64,000 bases of DNA from Clostridia bacterium (GTDB lineage: Bacteria > Bacillota > Clostridia > UMGS1883 > UMGS1540). The notes under the pieces are model-generated. The model was not told the DNA's origin. It made no database searches and worked only from the letters and a program-made list of their open reading frames with translations. The translations under genes were made by a program, and so were the position numbers. Location: positions 5,982-69,981 of the forward strand of contig JAZNQL010000021.1 of assembly GCA_045590155.1 (NCBI GenBank). The letters are read 5' to 3'. This document shows positions 37,946-46,658 of this stretch, in pieces (position 1 is the first letter of the stretch; every line of letters starts with the position of its first letter).

Positions 37946-39463
37946 ATGAAAAAGATAATAGCTTTAATATTATCTGTTATACTGGTTTTTGGTATAATAG
38001 GAACACAGGTATCAGCAAATATGGCTGACCAGATAGTTGAAAAAATTGGAGAATATTCAAAAGAAGACCGTGCATCAATGATTCTTTTGATAAAATCATT
38101 TGTAGTAAGTGATAGCGGTGTTGATTTGCTTGTTGACGCAGTTAAAAAATATACTCCCTCATCTACCGATATGATAAGCGAAGTGATAGGCAAGCTTTTA
38201 GAATATTCTGATGAAGAAACTTTGACTAAAGCATTTCTTTCGTTAAAGCTTATAGATGAAGATATAAGAGAAAAATATTACGATGCATTCAGAAATAAAG
38301 AAACTGTAAATCTTTCTTCAGAAGCAGAAAAACATGTTGATAAACTGGTTCAGAATCTTTTTGAAAATCCCGGTGCATTTTACGCAATTTGTGAAGAAGA
38401 CGGAATAACAAACGAGGTTATTGCAAAAACAATTTCAGCAATAGTTGAAATAAACGGAGGCAAAGCTCTCTTTACCGATTCGCCGATAGCAGGAAAACTT
38501 GAATACAAAACAGTTTCCTCATCAATGGAAAAACTTTTTTCTGAAGCATCATCATACGGTAAAGATAAAGCAGAATTTTTGGCAAAAATAAATTCAGATG
38601 CAGACTATATTACAGCAATTAAAAAAGTTGGCGCAGAAATAGGACTTTATGAAGCAAAGAAAACCCCTGTAAATAATAACCAAGGACCTTCAGCTCCTTC
38701 TGTAAAACCTTCAGTTCCCGATAAAGACAAACTCGATAAATTTGAAATAAAAAATGCAGGCAAATATACTCAAGATGTAGCAAAAGATAATTTAATGCTC
38801 TATAAAATAGAAGGCGAGCAGTTAATACCTCAAAAATTCTTTGTAATAGAAAATGGTAAAGCTATTTGCCAGATTGAAACACCTGGCACATACGCATTTT
38901 TTGAAATAAACCCCGTTTTTGCCGACTGTGCAGGCCTTTGGGGAGAAAACTATATAACAAACCTCTATTACAGAGGCATAATTTCAGGCAGAGGCGAAAA
39001 TGTATTTGACCCTAATGGTAAAATTACAAGAGAAGAGTTTGTAAAGCTTTTGTGTGAACTTTTCGGACTTACAGATAACGGAAATGCGCTTCCCTTTACA
39101 GATGTCCCCCGCGATGCATGGTACTATAAATATGTAGCAGCAGCATACCAGAACGGACTTGTAAACGGCGTAAGTGCAACAGAATTCGGTACAGGTGCAA
39201 ATATTTTAAGACAGGATATGTGTAAAATAATCTGCTTGGCACTTTCAAAAACCGAAAATATGCCTGGCTATGATGCGTCAAGCGTTACAATAACTGACGA
39301 AAAAAATGTTAGCGAATACGCGAAAGAATATGTAAAAGCACTTTATTCACTAGGACTGATTTCGGGCAACGAACGCGGAGAATTTATGCCATTGAATAAT
39401 GCAACCAGACAGGAAACAGCAAAAATCATATATAATGTAATAAATCTTGCAGTAAAAAACTAA
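37946..39463 (+). CDS. Secreted SLH-domain cell-wall protein (three C-terminal SLH repeats)
   Basis: Signal peptide (MKKIIALILSVILVFGIIGTQVSA). C-terminal SLH repeats (FADCAGLWGENYITNLYYRGIISG…, FTDVPRDAWYYKYV…, …ATRQETAKIIYNV…). Confidence 0.8.
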   Translation: MKKIIALILSVILVFGIIGTQVSANMADQIVEKIGEYSKEDRASMILLIKSFVVSDSGVDLLVDAVKKYTPSSTDMISEVIGKLLEYSDEETLTKAFLSLKLIDEDIREKYYDAFRNKETVNLSSEAEKHVDKLVQNLFENPGAFYAICEEDGITNEVIAKTISAIVEINGGKALFTDSPIAGKLEYKTVSSSMEKLFSEASSYGKDKAEFLAKINSDADYITAIKKVGAEIGLYEAKKTPVNNNQGPSAPSVKPSVPDKDKLDKFEIKNAGKYTQDVAKDNLMLYKIEGEQLIPQKFFVIENGKAICQIETPGTYAFFEINPVFADCAGLWGENYITNLYYRGIISGRGENVFDPNGKITREEFVKLLCELFGLTDNGNALPFTDVPRDAWYYKYVAAAYQNGLVNGVSATEFGTGANILRQDMCKIICLALSKTENMPGYDASSVTITDEKNVSEYAKEYVKALYSLGLISGNERGEFMPLNNATRQETAKIIYNVINLAVKN

Positions 39464-39470
39464 AAAACAA

Positions 39471-39500
39471 AAAGGCGGTGTAAAAACTACACCGCCTTTT
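39471..39500. terminator. Bidirectional rho-independent terminator (SLH gene and convergent rodA)
   Basis: Stem GGCGGTGTA / TACACCGCC, loop AAAAC, T-run. The stem is identical to the terminator at 32881-32913. Confidence 0.8.
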
Positions 39501-39511
39501 AATATAAAATT

Positions 39512-40639
39512 TTAAAATCTCAATCCTTTTTTTCTTATTTTAACATTTACTATGAGTGCAATGGCAAGCATACTTGCAAGCATATTAGAACCACCATAGC
39601 TTACAAAAGGAAGAGGAATACCTGTTACCGGCAAAAGTGCAAGGCACATACATATATTTTCAAGCACATGGAATAAAAACATACATCCTACTCCAATACC
39701 AATCATTTCGCCCAAAATATCGCGGGATTCAGATGCAATAACAAAACATCTTACAACAATTACAACCAAAGCCGCAATAAGAATAATAGAACCCCAAAGT
39801 CCAAGTTCCTCACCAATAACCGCAAAAATGAAGTCGGTTTGTTTTTCAGGCAAATAACCCATCTGTGTTTGAACACCGTTGCCAACACCTTGTCCTAAAA
39901 TCTTACCCGAGCCTATTGCAATTTTAGATTGAAGAACATGGTATCCGGAACCTGTCGGGTCAAGGTCAGGATTTAGAAAAGCAAGAATTCTGTTTTTCTG
40001 ATAATCCTTTAAAAGGAAAAACCATGCAAGAGGCAAAATTGCCGCCAGAACAGAAAAAAGACCTATAATATATTTTCTGTCAATACCTGCAATAAAAAGC
40101 ATACCCATTGCAATAAAAATAAAAACAAGCGCAGTTCCCATATCCGGCTGGAGTAAAATAAGACCTACCAAAGCCGCAACGTGTAAAAGTAATAAAACTA
40201 TGTTCAAAGGTCTGTTCAAATCATTTTTAACAGTTTCAATATGCTTTGCAAAGGTAATAATAAACGTAACTTTAATTATTTCGGAAGGCTGAATACCAAC
40301 AGGACCTATCCTTATCCATGAATTGGAACCAATGTCGTCACCAGTACCGAATATCAAAACCAAAACAAGCAAAATAATATTAAGACCGAATAAATAAGGT
40401 GCAAGCTGACAAATGTAATCATAGTCAATTTTTGATATAAGATATACCGCCAAAGCACCTATAAAAAAAGCCACAGCCTGAACTATTAAAAAACGAGCTT
40501 GTGCCATCGACTTTGTAGAACTGTAAATAGCAACAAAACCAATTATAACCGAAACCAGTACAGGTATACAAATCCATATATCAAGCCAAGAAAATAAGCC
40601 TTTTTTTCTTTTAAAAGCCAATAGAATCACTCCTAACAA
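39512..40639 (-). CDS. SEDS-family peptidoglycan glycosyltransferase (RodA/FtsW/SpoVE)
   Basis: 375 aa, polytopic. …TDFIFAVIGEELGLWGS… and …GIPLPFVSYGGSN… conserved SEDS blocks. Confidence 0.85.
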   Translation of the reverse strand: MLGVILLAFKRKKGLFSWLDIWICIPVLVSVIIGFVAIYSSTKSMAQARFLIVQAVAFFIGALAVYLISKIDYDYICQLAPYLFGLNIILLVLVLIFGTGDDIGSNSWIRIGPVGIQPSEIIKVTFIITFAKHIETVKNDLNRPLNIVLLLLHVAALVGLILLQPDMGTALVFIFIAMGMLFIAGIDRKYIIGLFSVLAAILPLAWFFLLKDYQKNRILAFLNPDLDPTGSGYHVLQSKIAIGSGKILGQGVGNGVQTQMGYLPEKQTDFIFAVIGEELGLWGSIILIAALVVIVVRCFVIASESRDILGEMIGIGVGCMFLFHVLENICMCLALLPVTGIPLPFVSYGGSNMLASMLAIALIVNVKIRKKGLRF

Positions 40640-40721
40640 TTAGATTATACCAAATTTAAACTTACAATACAATAAAAAATAAATCTTTTTATTACTCTTT
40701 TTCTAAAAAAGACAAAAGGGT

Positions 40722-40750
40722 TTGCAAACATAAGTAAAATATGGTAAAAT
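40722..40750 (+). promoter_or_regulatory. Putative promoter for radC (TTGCAA-17-TAAAAT)
   Basis: TTGCAA at 40722-40727, 17-nt spacer, TAAAAT at 40745-40750. RBS AAAGGAGTG. Confidence 0.4.
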
Positions 40751-40771
40751 AAAAACAAAGGAGTGACTGTT

Positions 40772-41449
40772 ATGCACGAACATGAAGGACACAGAGAAAG
40801 AATGAAACAACGCTTCTTAAAAAGCGGGCTTGAAAGTATGGCACCTCACGAGGTTTTAGAAATGCTTCTTTTTTATACAAATGCAAGACGTGACACAAAT
40901 CCACTAGGACATGCGTTAATTTCCGAATTTGGAAGCGTAGCAAATGTACTTGATGCAGATATAGAACACCTTTGTTCAGTAAAAGGTATAGGCGAAAACA
41001 CTGCCATATTCATAAAATTCATTTCACAACTGAATAATTATTACGCAAAAAGCAAATGGCAGGAAAGGCCACGTCTTTTAAATGTGACAGAGGTAGGGAC
41101 TTATCTTGTTGATTATATAGGAGAAAAAACAACCGAAGGCTTTTATGTTGTATGCTTTGATGTTTCGAAAAAAGTAATAATAACAGAAAAAGTATCAGAA
41201 GGCTCAATAGCAAAAATACCTGTTGACCCAAGAAAGGTAGTGGCTACGGCTTTAAAACATAGAGCGACAAGCGTTGTACTTGCCCACAATCATCCTTCAG
41301 GAACACTTCATCCTTCAAGTGAGGATATTGTGCTTACAAAGAAGCTGTGTCAGGCACTCGAAAGTATAGATATAGAAGTTACAGACCATATAATAGTAGC
41401 GGCAAAATCTTTTGTCAGCCTTTCAGAAAGAGGACTTATGCCGCAATAA
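40772..41449 (+). CDS. radC: RadC-family (UPF0758) JAB/MPN-domain protein
   Basis: Start taken at the ATG at 40772 (MHEHEGHRERMK…), which has an RBS. The ORF-track start at 40763 is a GTG. Helix-hairpin-helix N-domain and a JAMM motif (…VVLAHNHPSGTLHPS…). Confidence 0.85.
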   Translation: MHEHEGHRERMKQRFLKSGLESMAPHEVLEMLLFYTNARRDTNPLGHALISEFGSVANVLDADIEHLCSVKGIGENTAIFIKFISQLNNYYAKSKWQERPRLLNVTEVGTYLVDYIGEKTTEGFYVVCFDVSKKVIITEKVSEGSIAKIPVDPRKVVATALKHRATSVVLAHNHPSGTLHPSSEDIVLTKKLCQALESIDIEVTDHIIVAAKSFVSLSERGLMPQ

Positions 41450-41467
41450 GCAAAGAAGGTTTTTAAA

Positions 41468-43978
41468 TTGAAAAAAATTCTGGTAGTTGACGGTAACAGC
41501 ATAATAAACCGTGCGTTTTACGCAATAAGAAATATGACCGCACCAAACGGTCTTTCAACCAACGGCATTTTTGGATTCTTAAACATATTTTTCAAAAATA
41601 TGGAGGAAGTTTCTCCTGACGGTGTAGCAGTAACATTTGACCTTCGGGCACCAACCTTCCGCCATAAAGAGTATGAACTTTATAAAGCAAACCGACACGG
41701 GATGCCTGACGAACTTGCAGAGCAAATGCCTGTTTTAAAAGATATATTGCGCGCAATGAACGTTACAATTTTAGAAATCGAAGGATATGAAGCCGACGAT
41801 GTAATAGGAACAGTAGCAAAAAGATGCGAAAAAGAAGATTACGAATGTTATATAGTAACAGGAGATAAAGATGACTTACAGCTTGCAAGTCAGAAAACAA
41901 AAATACTTCTTACAACCACAGCAAAAGGACAAACCACCACGTCAGTATATACCGATAAAGAAGTAATAGAACGTTACGGAGTAACTCCCTTGCAGTTTAT
42001 CGATATAAAAGGTCTTATGGGCGACTCATCCGACAATATTCCCGGAGTAGCCGGGATAGGCGAAAAAACTGCTATGAGCCTTATAAGCGAATACGGTTCA
42101 ATAGACAACCTCTATAAAAATCTTGAAAACGGAAAAATAAAAGGAGCAACCCTTACAAAACTTCGTGAGGGGCAGGAGAGTGCAATCTTAAGCCGTCATC
42201 TTGCAACCATCGTTTGCGACGTTCCCATAGAATTTGAACTTTCTGATTTAGAAGTAAAACCCTACAATACAGAACAACTTGCAAAACTTTTCGAAAGCTT
42301 GCAGTTTAAAAGCTTTTTAAAGAAACTTGATATTACAGTTTTAAAAGAAGAAATATCGGCAGAAAAAGAAGAAATTACCGAGGATATATTAGAAAGCATA
42401 GTATCGTCAGAAGAAATGAATTACTATTTTGATGGGGAAGAAATTACGGTATGCTTTAATGGAAAAATATATTTTGGTGCTGCCAAAAAATTTGCAAAAA
42501 TAATCAAAAACGAAAAAGTAAAAAAAATAACACACGATGCAAAAAATCATATAATATATTTTTCTAAGATTGGCATAGAATATAAAGCACTTGCATTTGA
42601 TACTGCAATAGCAGCTTATATATTAGACCCAGCAAGAGCAAAATATGTATATGGAGAGATTTGCGAAAAATATCTTCAAAAAACGGCACGATCGGGATTT
42701 GAAGCTATTTTGATAAACGAACTTTATAATACTTTAAATAAAGAACTTAAGGAAAATGATCAGGAAAAACTGTATTATGAAATAGAACTTCCTTTAGTAG
42801 AAATTCTTGCAAAAATGCAAAGCACAGGATTTTTAGCAGATAAAGAAAAACTGAAGGAACTTTCTGCCCAGTACGGTAAAGATTTACAAAGCCTTGAAAC
42901 CGCAATTTATATGCAGTCTGGAGAGACATTTAATATAAATTCTCCAAAACAACTTGGCGAAGTTTTGTTTGAAAAAATGGGATTACCTCCCATCAAAAAA
43001 AATAAATCAGGCTACTCAACCGATGCGGATGTTATGAAAAAACTAGCAGATAAACATCCCATAATAAATGACATACTTGATTATAGAGCATTAAGTAAAT
43101 TAAAATCCACTTATGCTGATGGCTTGCAGGAAGTAATAGGAGAAGACGGAAGGATACATTCTTCATTCAATCAAACAGTTACAACAACAGGAAGAATCAG
43201 TTCAAACGAGCCTAATATGCAAAACATTCCTGTAAAGACAGAACTTGGCAGAGAACTTCGGAGAGTATTTATAGCACAAGACGAATATGTTTTGATAGAT
43301 GCCGACTATTCACAAATAGAACTTCGTGTTTTGGCGCACATGTCAAAAGACAAAAAAATGCAGGATGCATTTTTGATGGATGAAGATATTCATACAAAAA
43401 CGGCAGCAGAAGTGTTCGGTGTTGCAGAATTTATGGTAACTCCCGAAATGCGTTCCCGTGCCAAAGCAGTTAATTTTGGCATTGTGTACGGCATAGGCGA
43501 CTTCACTTTGGGAGAAAACTTGGGAATAAGCAGAAAACAAGCTAAAGAGTATATAGAAAACTATTTAAAAACATACTCAGAGGTAGATCGATTTATGAAA
43601 GAAACAGTAGAAGAAGCACATAAAACAGGCTATGTAAAAACTATGCTTGACAGAAGACGCTATATCCCTGAAATACTTTCAAGTAAATATCTTCTTCGCT
43701 CTTTTGGAGAACGTGCAGCACAAAATGCACCAATACAGGGCAGTGCGGCAGACATAATAAAAATAGCCATGATACGAGTTTATGACGCATTAAAAAAAGA
43801 AGCGCCAAAATCCCGTCTTATATTGCAGGTGCACGACGAACTTATAGTTGAAGCACATATTTCAGAAAAAGAAAAAGTACAAAAGATAATAAAACGAGAA
43901 ATGGAAAACGCATACCCTATGTCGGTTCCTCTGAAAGTTGACATAGGAGAAGGAAAGAGTTGGTATGATGCAAAATAA
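41468..43978 (+). CDS. polA: DNA polymerase I
   Basis: 836 aa with an apparent TTG start. 5'-3' exonuclease N-domain (…VVDGNSIINRAFYA…, …GDSSDNIPGVAGIGEKTA…). Polymerase motifs A (…LIDADYSQIELRVLAH…), B (…RSRAKAVNFGIVYG…) and C (…LQVHDELIVE…). Confidence 0.9.
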   Translation: MKKILVVDGNSIINRAFYAIRNMTAPNGLSTNGIFGFLNIFFKNMEEVSPDGVAVTFDLRAPTFRHKEYELYKANRHGMPDELAEQMPVLKDILRAMNVTILEIEGYEADDVIGTVAKRCEKEDYECYIVTGDKDDLQLASQKTKILLTTTAKGQTTTSVYTDKEVIERYGVTPLQFIDIKGLMGDSSDNIPGVAGIGEKTAMSLISEYGSIDNLYKNLENGKIKGATLTKLREGQESAILSRHLATIVCDVPIEFELSDLEVKPYNTEQLAKLFESLQFKSFLKKLDITVLKEEISAEKEEITEDILESIVSSEEMNYYFDGEEITVCFNGKIYFGAAKKFAKIIKNEKVKKITHDAKNHIIYFSKIGIEYKALAFDTAIAAYILDPARAKYVYGEICEKYLQKTARSGFEAILINELYNTLNKELKENDQEKLYYEIELPLVEILAKMQSTGFLADKEKLKELSAQYGKDLQSLETAIYMQSGETFNINSPKQLGEVLFEKMGLPPIKKNKSGYSTDADVMKKLADKHPIINDILDYRALSKLKSTYADGLQEVIGEDGRIHSSFNQTVTTTGRISSNEPNMQNIPVKTELGRELRRVFIAQDEYVLIDADYSQIELRVLAHMSKDKKMQDAFLMDEDIHTKTAAEVFGVAEFMVTPEMRSRAKAVNFGIVYGIGDFTLGENLGISRKQAKEYIENYLKTYSEVDRFMKETVEEAHKTGYVKTMLDRRRYIPEILSSKYLLRSFGERAAQNAPIQGSAADIIKIAMIRVYDALKKEAPKSRLILQVHDELIVEAHISEKEKVQKIIKREMENAYPMSVPLKVDIGEGKSWYDAK

Positions 43979-44534
43979 GAAAGTTATATGGCTCACAGGC
44001 GGAAGCGGAAGCGGAAAGAGTATGGTTGCGAAGTTTTTTAAAGAACGCGGCTGTACAATAATAGATGCAGACCTGATATCCCATCAAATAATGAAAAAAG
44101 GAACCCCGGCTTACAAAGAAACAGTAAAGGCTTTCGGGGAGGGAATACTTTTTCCTGACGGAGAAATAGACAGAAGGGGTCTTGGTGGAATAATCTTTGA
44201 AGATTCAGAAAAAAGAGCCATTTTAAACGGAATAACCCATAAGTATATACGCGACGAAATAATCCGTCAAAGCGTTGGCAACGGCGTATTTGTTGTAGAT
44301 GCACCTTTGCCCGATTTCGGCGTGCCGTGCGATATGACGATAGTAGTGCATTCCGACAGAGAAACACGCATAAAGCGTATAATGGAAAGAGATAATATCG
44401 ACAGAAAGTATGCAGAAAACAGGATAGAATCACAACCTCTTGAAGAAGAGTATGAAAGATTTGCCGATATAATAATAAATAATTTGGGCGATCCCGAGCA
44501 GTTAAGAAAACAAGTCGAGCAGGTGGAACTTTGA
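43965..44534 (+). CDS. coaE: Dephospho-CoA kinase
   Basis: 189 aa with a P-loop (IWLTGGSGSGKS). Overlaps the polA end. polA-coaE synteny is common. Confidence 0.85.
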   Translation: MMQNKKVIWLTGGSGSGKSMVAKFFKERGCTIIDADLISHQIMKKGTPAYKETVKAFGEGILFPDGEIDRRGLGGIIFEDSEKRAILNGITHKYIRDEIIRQSVGNGVFVVDAPLPDFGVPCDMTIVVHSDRETRIKRIMERDNIDRKYAENRIESQPLEEEYERFADIIINNLGDPEQLRKQVEQVEL

Positions 44535-45082
44535 AAAAACTTATAAGGTTTATAATTTTTTTACTTATATTGATAATAGCATTAAAAGCCTTTCTACAAT
44601 TATTTCCATTGCACTACCGTCAAACACTTGACGAGGCAGCTGTAAAATACGGAATAGACAATACTCTTTTTGCAGCTCTTGTAAAAACAGAAAGCAATTT
44701 TAACGAAACAGCAGTTTCAAAAGCAGGAGCAAAAGGACTTGCACAAATCACAACCGAAACAGCCGAGTGGTGTGCAAATAAAATGGGCTTATCAGAATAT
44801 GACCTTTTTAACCCTTACGATAATATAGAGATATCAGCTTTTTATTTTTCTTATCTTCTCGGGCAGTTTGAAGGGGATGAAACTTTAGCTCTGGCAGCAT
44901 ATAACGCAGGGCAGGGCAATGTGTTAAAATGGATTTCAACCCCAAAGTATTCGCCTGACGGAAAAACCTTACAGAATATTCCGTTTGAAGAAACCGAAAA
45001 ATATATCAAAAAAATAAATTTTTATCAAAAGGTATACCGAAACATATATAAAATATCAGACTATATAAAAAAGGAGATGTAA
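44531..45082 (+). CDS. Lytic transglycosylase (SLT domain) with N-terminal membrane anchor
   Basis: 183 aa. …LFAALVKTESNFNETAVSKAGAKGLAQIT… (catalytic Glu in the ES motif) and …AYNAGQGNV…. Confidence 0.8.
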   Translation: MKKLIRFIIFLLILIIALKAFLQLFPLHYRQTLDEAAVKYGIDNTLFAALVKTESNFNETAVSKAGAKGLAQITTETAEWCANKMGLSEYDLFNPYDNIEISAFYFSYLLGQFEGDETLALAAYNAGQGNVLKWISTPKYSPDGKTLQNIPFEETEKYIKKINFYQKVYRNIYKISDYIKKEM

Positions 45083-45108
45083 AAAATTTTTTTACATCTC
45101 CTTTTTTG
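45071..45108 (+). terminator. Rho-independent terminator overlapping the SLT stop codon
   Basis: Stem AAGGAGATGTAAAAA / TTTTTACATCTCCTT, short loop, then TTTTTT. Confidence 0.7.
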
Positions 45109-45134
45109 GGGGATAGGAAAAAATGTTTCATAAT

Positions 45135-45219
45135 GGACAAACTGAGCTACGGCAAGGTGAAGCCTTGCCGTAGCTTGCCCGAAGGCGTACAAAGGTACGT
45201 CGAGAGGCGAAGTTTGTTC
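45135..45219. ncRNA. Candidate structured RNA element or GC-rich palindromic element in a convergent intergenic region (strand undetermined)
   Basis: An about 85-nt segment at about 57% GC in an otherwise AT-rich intergenic region. Closing helix GGACAAACT…AGTTTGTTC. A strong 14-bp hairpin at 45144-45176 (GCTACGGCAAGG-TGAAG-CCTTGCCGTAGC) and a second 7-bp hairpin at 45184-45201 (GGCGTAC-AAAG-GTACGTC). Confidence 0.3.
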
Positions 45220-45377
45220 ATAGCAAAAAACATAAATTTTTAAGAAAAAATCAAAAAATTGATTTTTTCGACCTAATTTATCTGTTTATAAATTAGACTT
45301 ACAAAGTATTTTTCATATATTTATTTGTTTTTTGCGGTCTGGACTTTTTTTACATCCCCTTTTCGTTTTATTTTATT

Positions 45378-46640
45378 TTAGAATAATATTATAAGAAACT
45401 GTGATACTAAAACAACTGCTATAAGTGCGATAGGATAAGTAGCCGCATAAGCTGCTGCAACATCTTCTGTTCCGGCAACATTAATCAGCGTTCCAAGAGC
45501 AGGTGTACTTGTCATACCGCCCGTAATTGAACCAAGATTATTAAGTAAGCTGAGTTTTAATACATATTTTGCAAACAAATATCCAACTATTAACGGGAAT
45601 ATGGTCATAATAATGCCATAAACAAAATACATCGGGTCAAAGTTTGCTACAAATTCTGCACCGCCCGGGATACCTGCACCAACAAGGAAAAGGATAAGCC
45701 CTAATTCTCTGAAAAGCTTAAGTGTGCTCTGGGTGGGCATAATACTTATAGGGCCGATTTTACCAAAATGGCCGAGAATCAAGCTCATAAGCAGACAGCC
45801 GCCAGTAGTTGTAAGTGAAAAGCATGTTCCTGACAACCCTGCAGAAGAAAGAGGTATTTTTATCTGACCTATAATTGTGCCGAGAATTGCTGCAAGGCAG
45901 AATCCTGCAATGCCCATATGGTCAATTTCAAACAATTTACGCTGTGCTTTTTCATCTTTGTTTGCCGTCTCAATAACAATTTTTGCACGTTCTTCAGCCA
46001 TATTCGCTTTTGCTAATTTAGGTATAATCTGTACAAAAAGCACAACACCAACCACACCGAAAATATAAGCAATACCATGTCCTACTGAAACAAGACCTGT
46101 AAATTCTTCTGCAACAGTTGCTTTAGCTGCAGAAAAAGCAGGCGTTGATGTGAGCGAACCTGAAAGCAAGCCTACAATCATTGCAACAAATCCATCCTGA
46201 CTTTCGATTGTCGCACCATAGCCGAGTATCTCCCCTGCATATATGCAGGCAGCAGCTGAAATACCACCGGCAAGTATTATAATTAACCCTAAAAGCACAT
46301 AAGACTTAAAGTTTTTCTTAAAGTTGCCAAAAAACTTAGGACCTGCTATATAGCCTACCGATGTTACAAAAAGAATAAGACCAAGACTTTCAATAATTGA
46401 AAGCCCACCTGAAAAATCATAGGGTTTTGAGGATGTCGCAAACAAGAGAGCTCCAGTTTCATTTACATTAAAGAACAATGCACCAAAAAGCAAGGCTATA
46501 ATGAATACTCCTGCATCGCCAAGTGATATGCCTTTAATTGTTATTCTTCCAAGAAGATATCCTAAAAGAAGAACACTGAAAACAACAAATAATAGTGTAT
46601 AAATATTATTTATTGAAATAACTCCGTTCAGAAAACTCAT
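45378..46640 (-). CDS. Putative C4-dicarboxylate/aspartate-family transporter (duplicated Asp-Al_Ex / YidE-YbjL-like domain, no TrkA-C)
   Basis: 420 aa, about 10-12 TM helices. Internal duplication, each half carrying a …GISLGDAGVFIIALLFG… / …GLSGTCFSLTTTGGCLL… type motif typical of the AAE/YidE family. It is the last gene of the mdh-fumC-hdr-frd operon. Confidence 0.5.
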   Translation of the reverse strand: MSFLNGVISINNIYTLLFVVFSVLLLGYLLGRITIKGISLGDAGVFIIALLFGALFFNVNETGALLFATSSKPYDFSGGLSIIESLGLILFVTSVGYIAGPKFFGNFKKNFKSYVLLGLIIILAGGISAAACIYAGEILGYGATIESQDGFVAMIVGLLSGSLTSTPAFSAAKATVAEEFTGLVSVGHGIAYIFGVVGVVLFVQIIPKLAKANMAEERAKIVIETANKDEKAQRKLFEIDHMGIAGFCLAAILGTIIGQIKIPLSSAGLSGTCFSLTTTGGCLLMSLILGHFGKIGPISIMPTQSTLKLFRELGLILFLVGAGIPGGAEFVANFDPMYFVYGIIMTIFPLIVGYLFAKYVLKLSLLNNLGSITGGMTSTPALGTLINVAGTEDVAAAYAATYPIALIAVVLVSQFLIILF

Positions 46641-46658
46641 TCTATTACCTCCGTAAAT

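Noticed and set aside
32881-39500. Repeated identical 16-nt palindromic arms suggested a CRISPR-like or mobile repeat.
   Set aside because: There are only two or three copies, each forming a classic stem-loop with a T-run at convergent gene ends. There are no regularly spaced repeat-spacer units and no cas genes, so these are terminators.
45135-45219. Possible tRNA in the GC-rich intergenic element.
   Set aside because: No GTTCGA-type T-arm, no 7-bp acceptor stem with a 3' discriminator/CCA context, and the lengths of the hairpin arms do not fit a cloverleaf. It is kept only as a generic candidate structured RNA.
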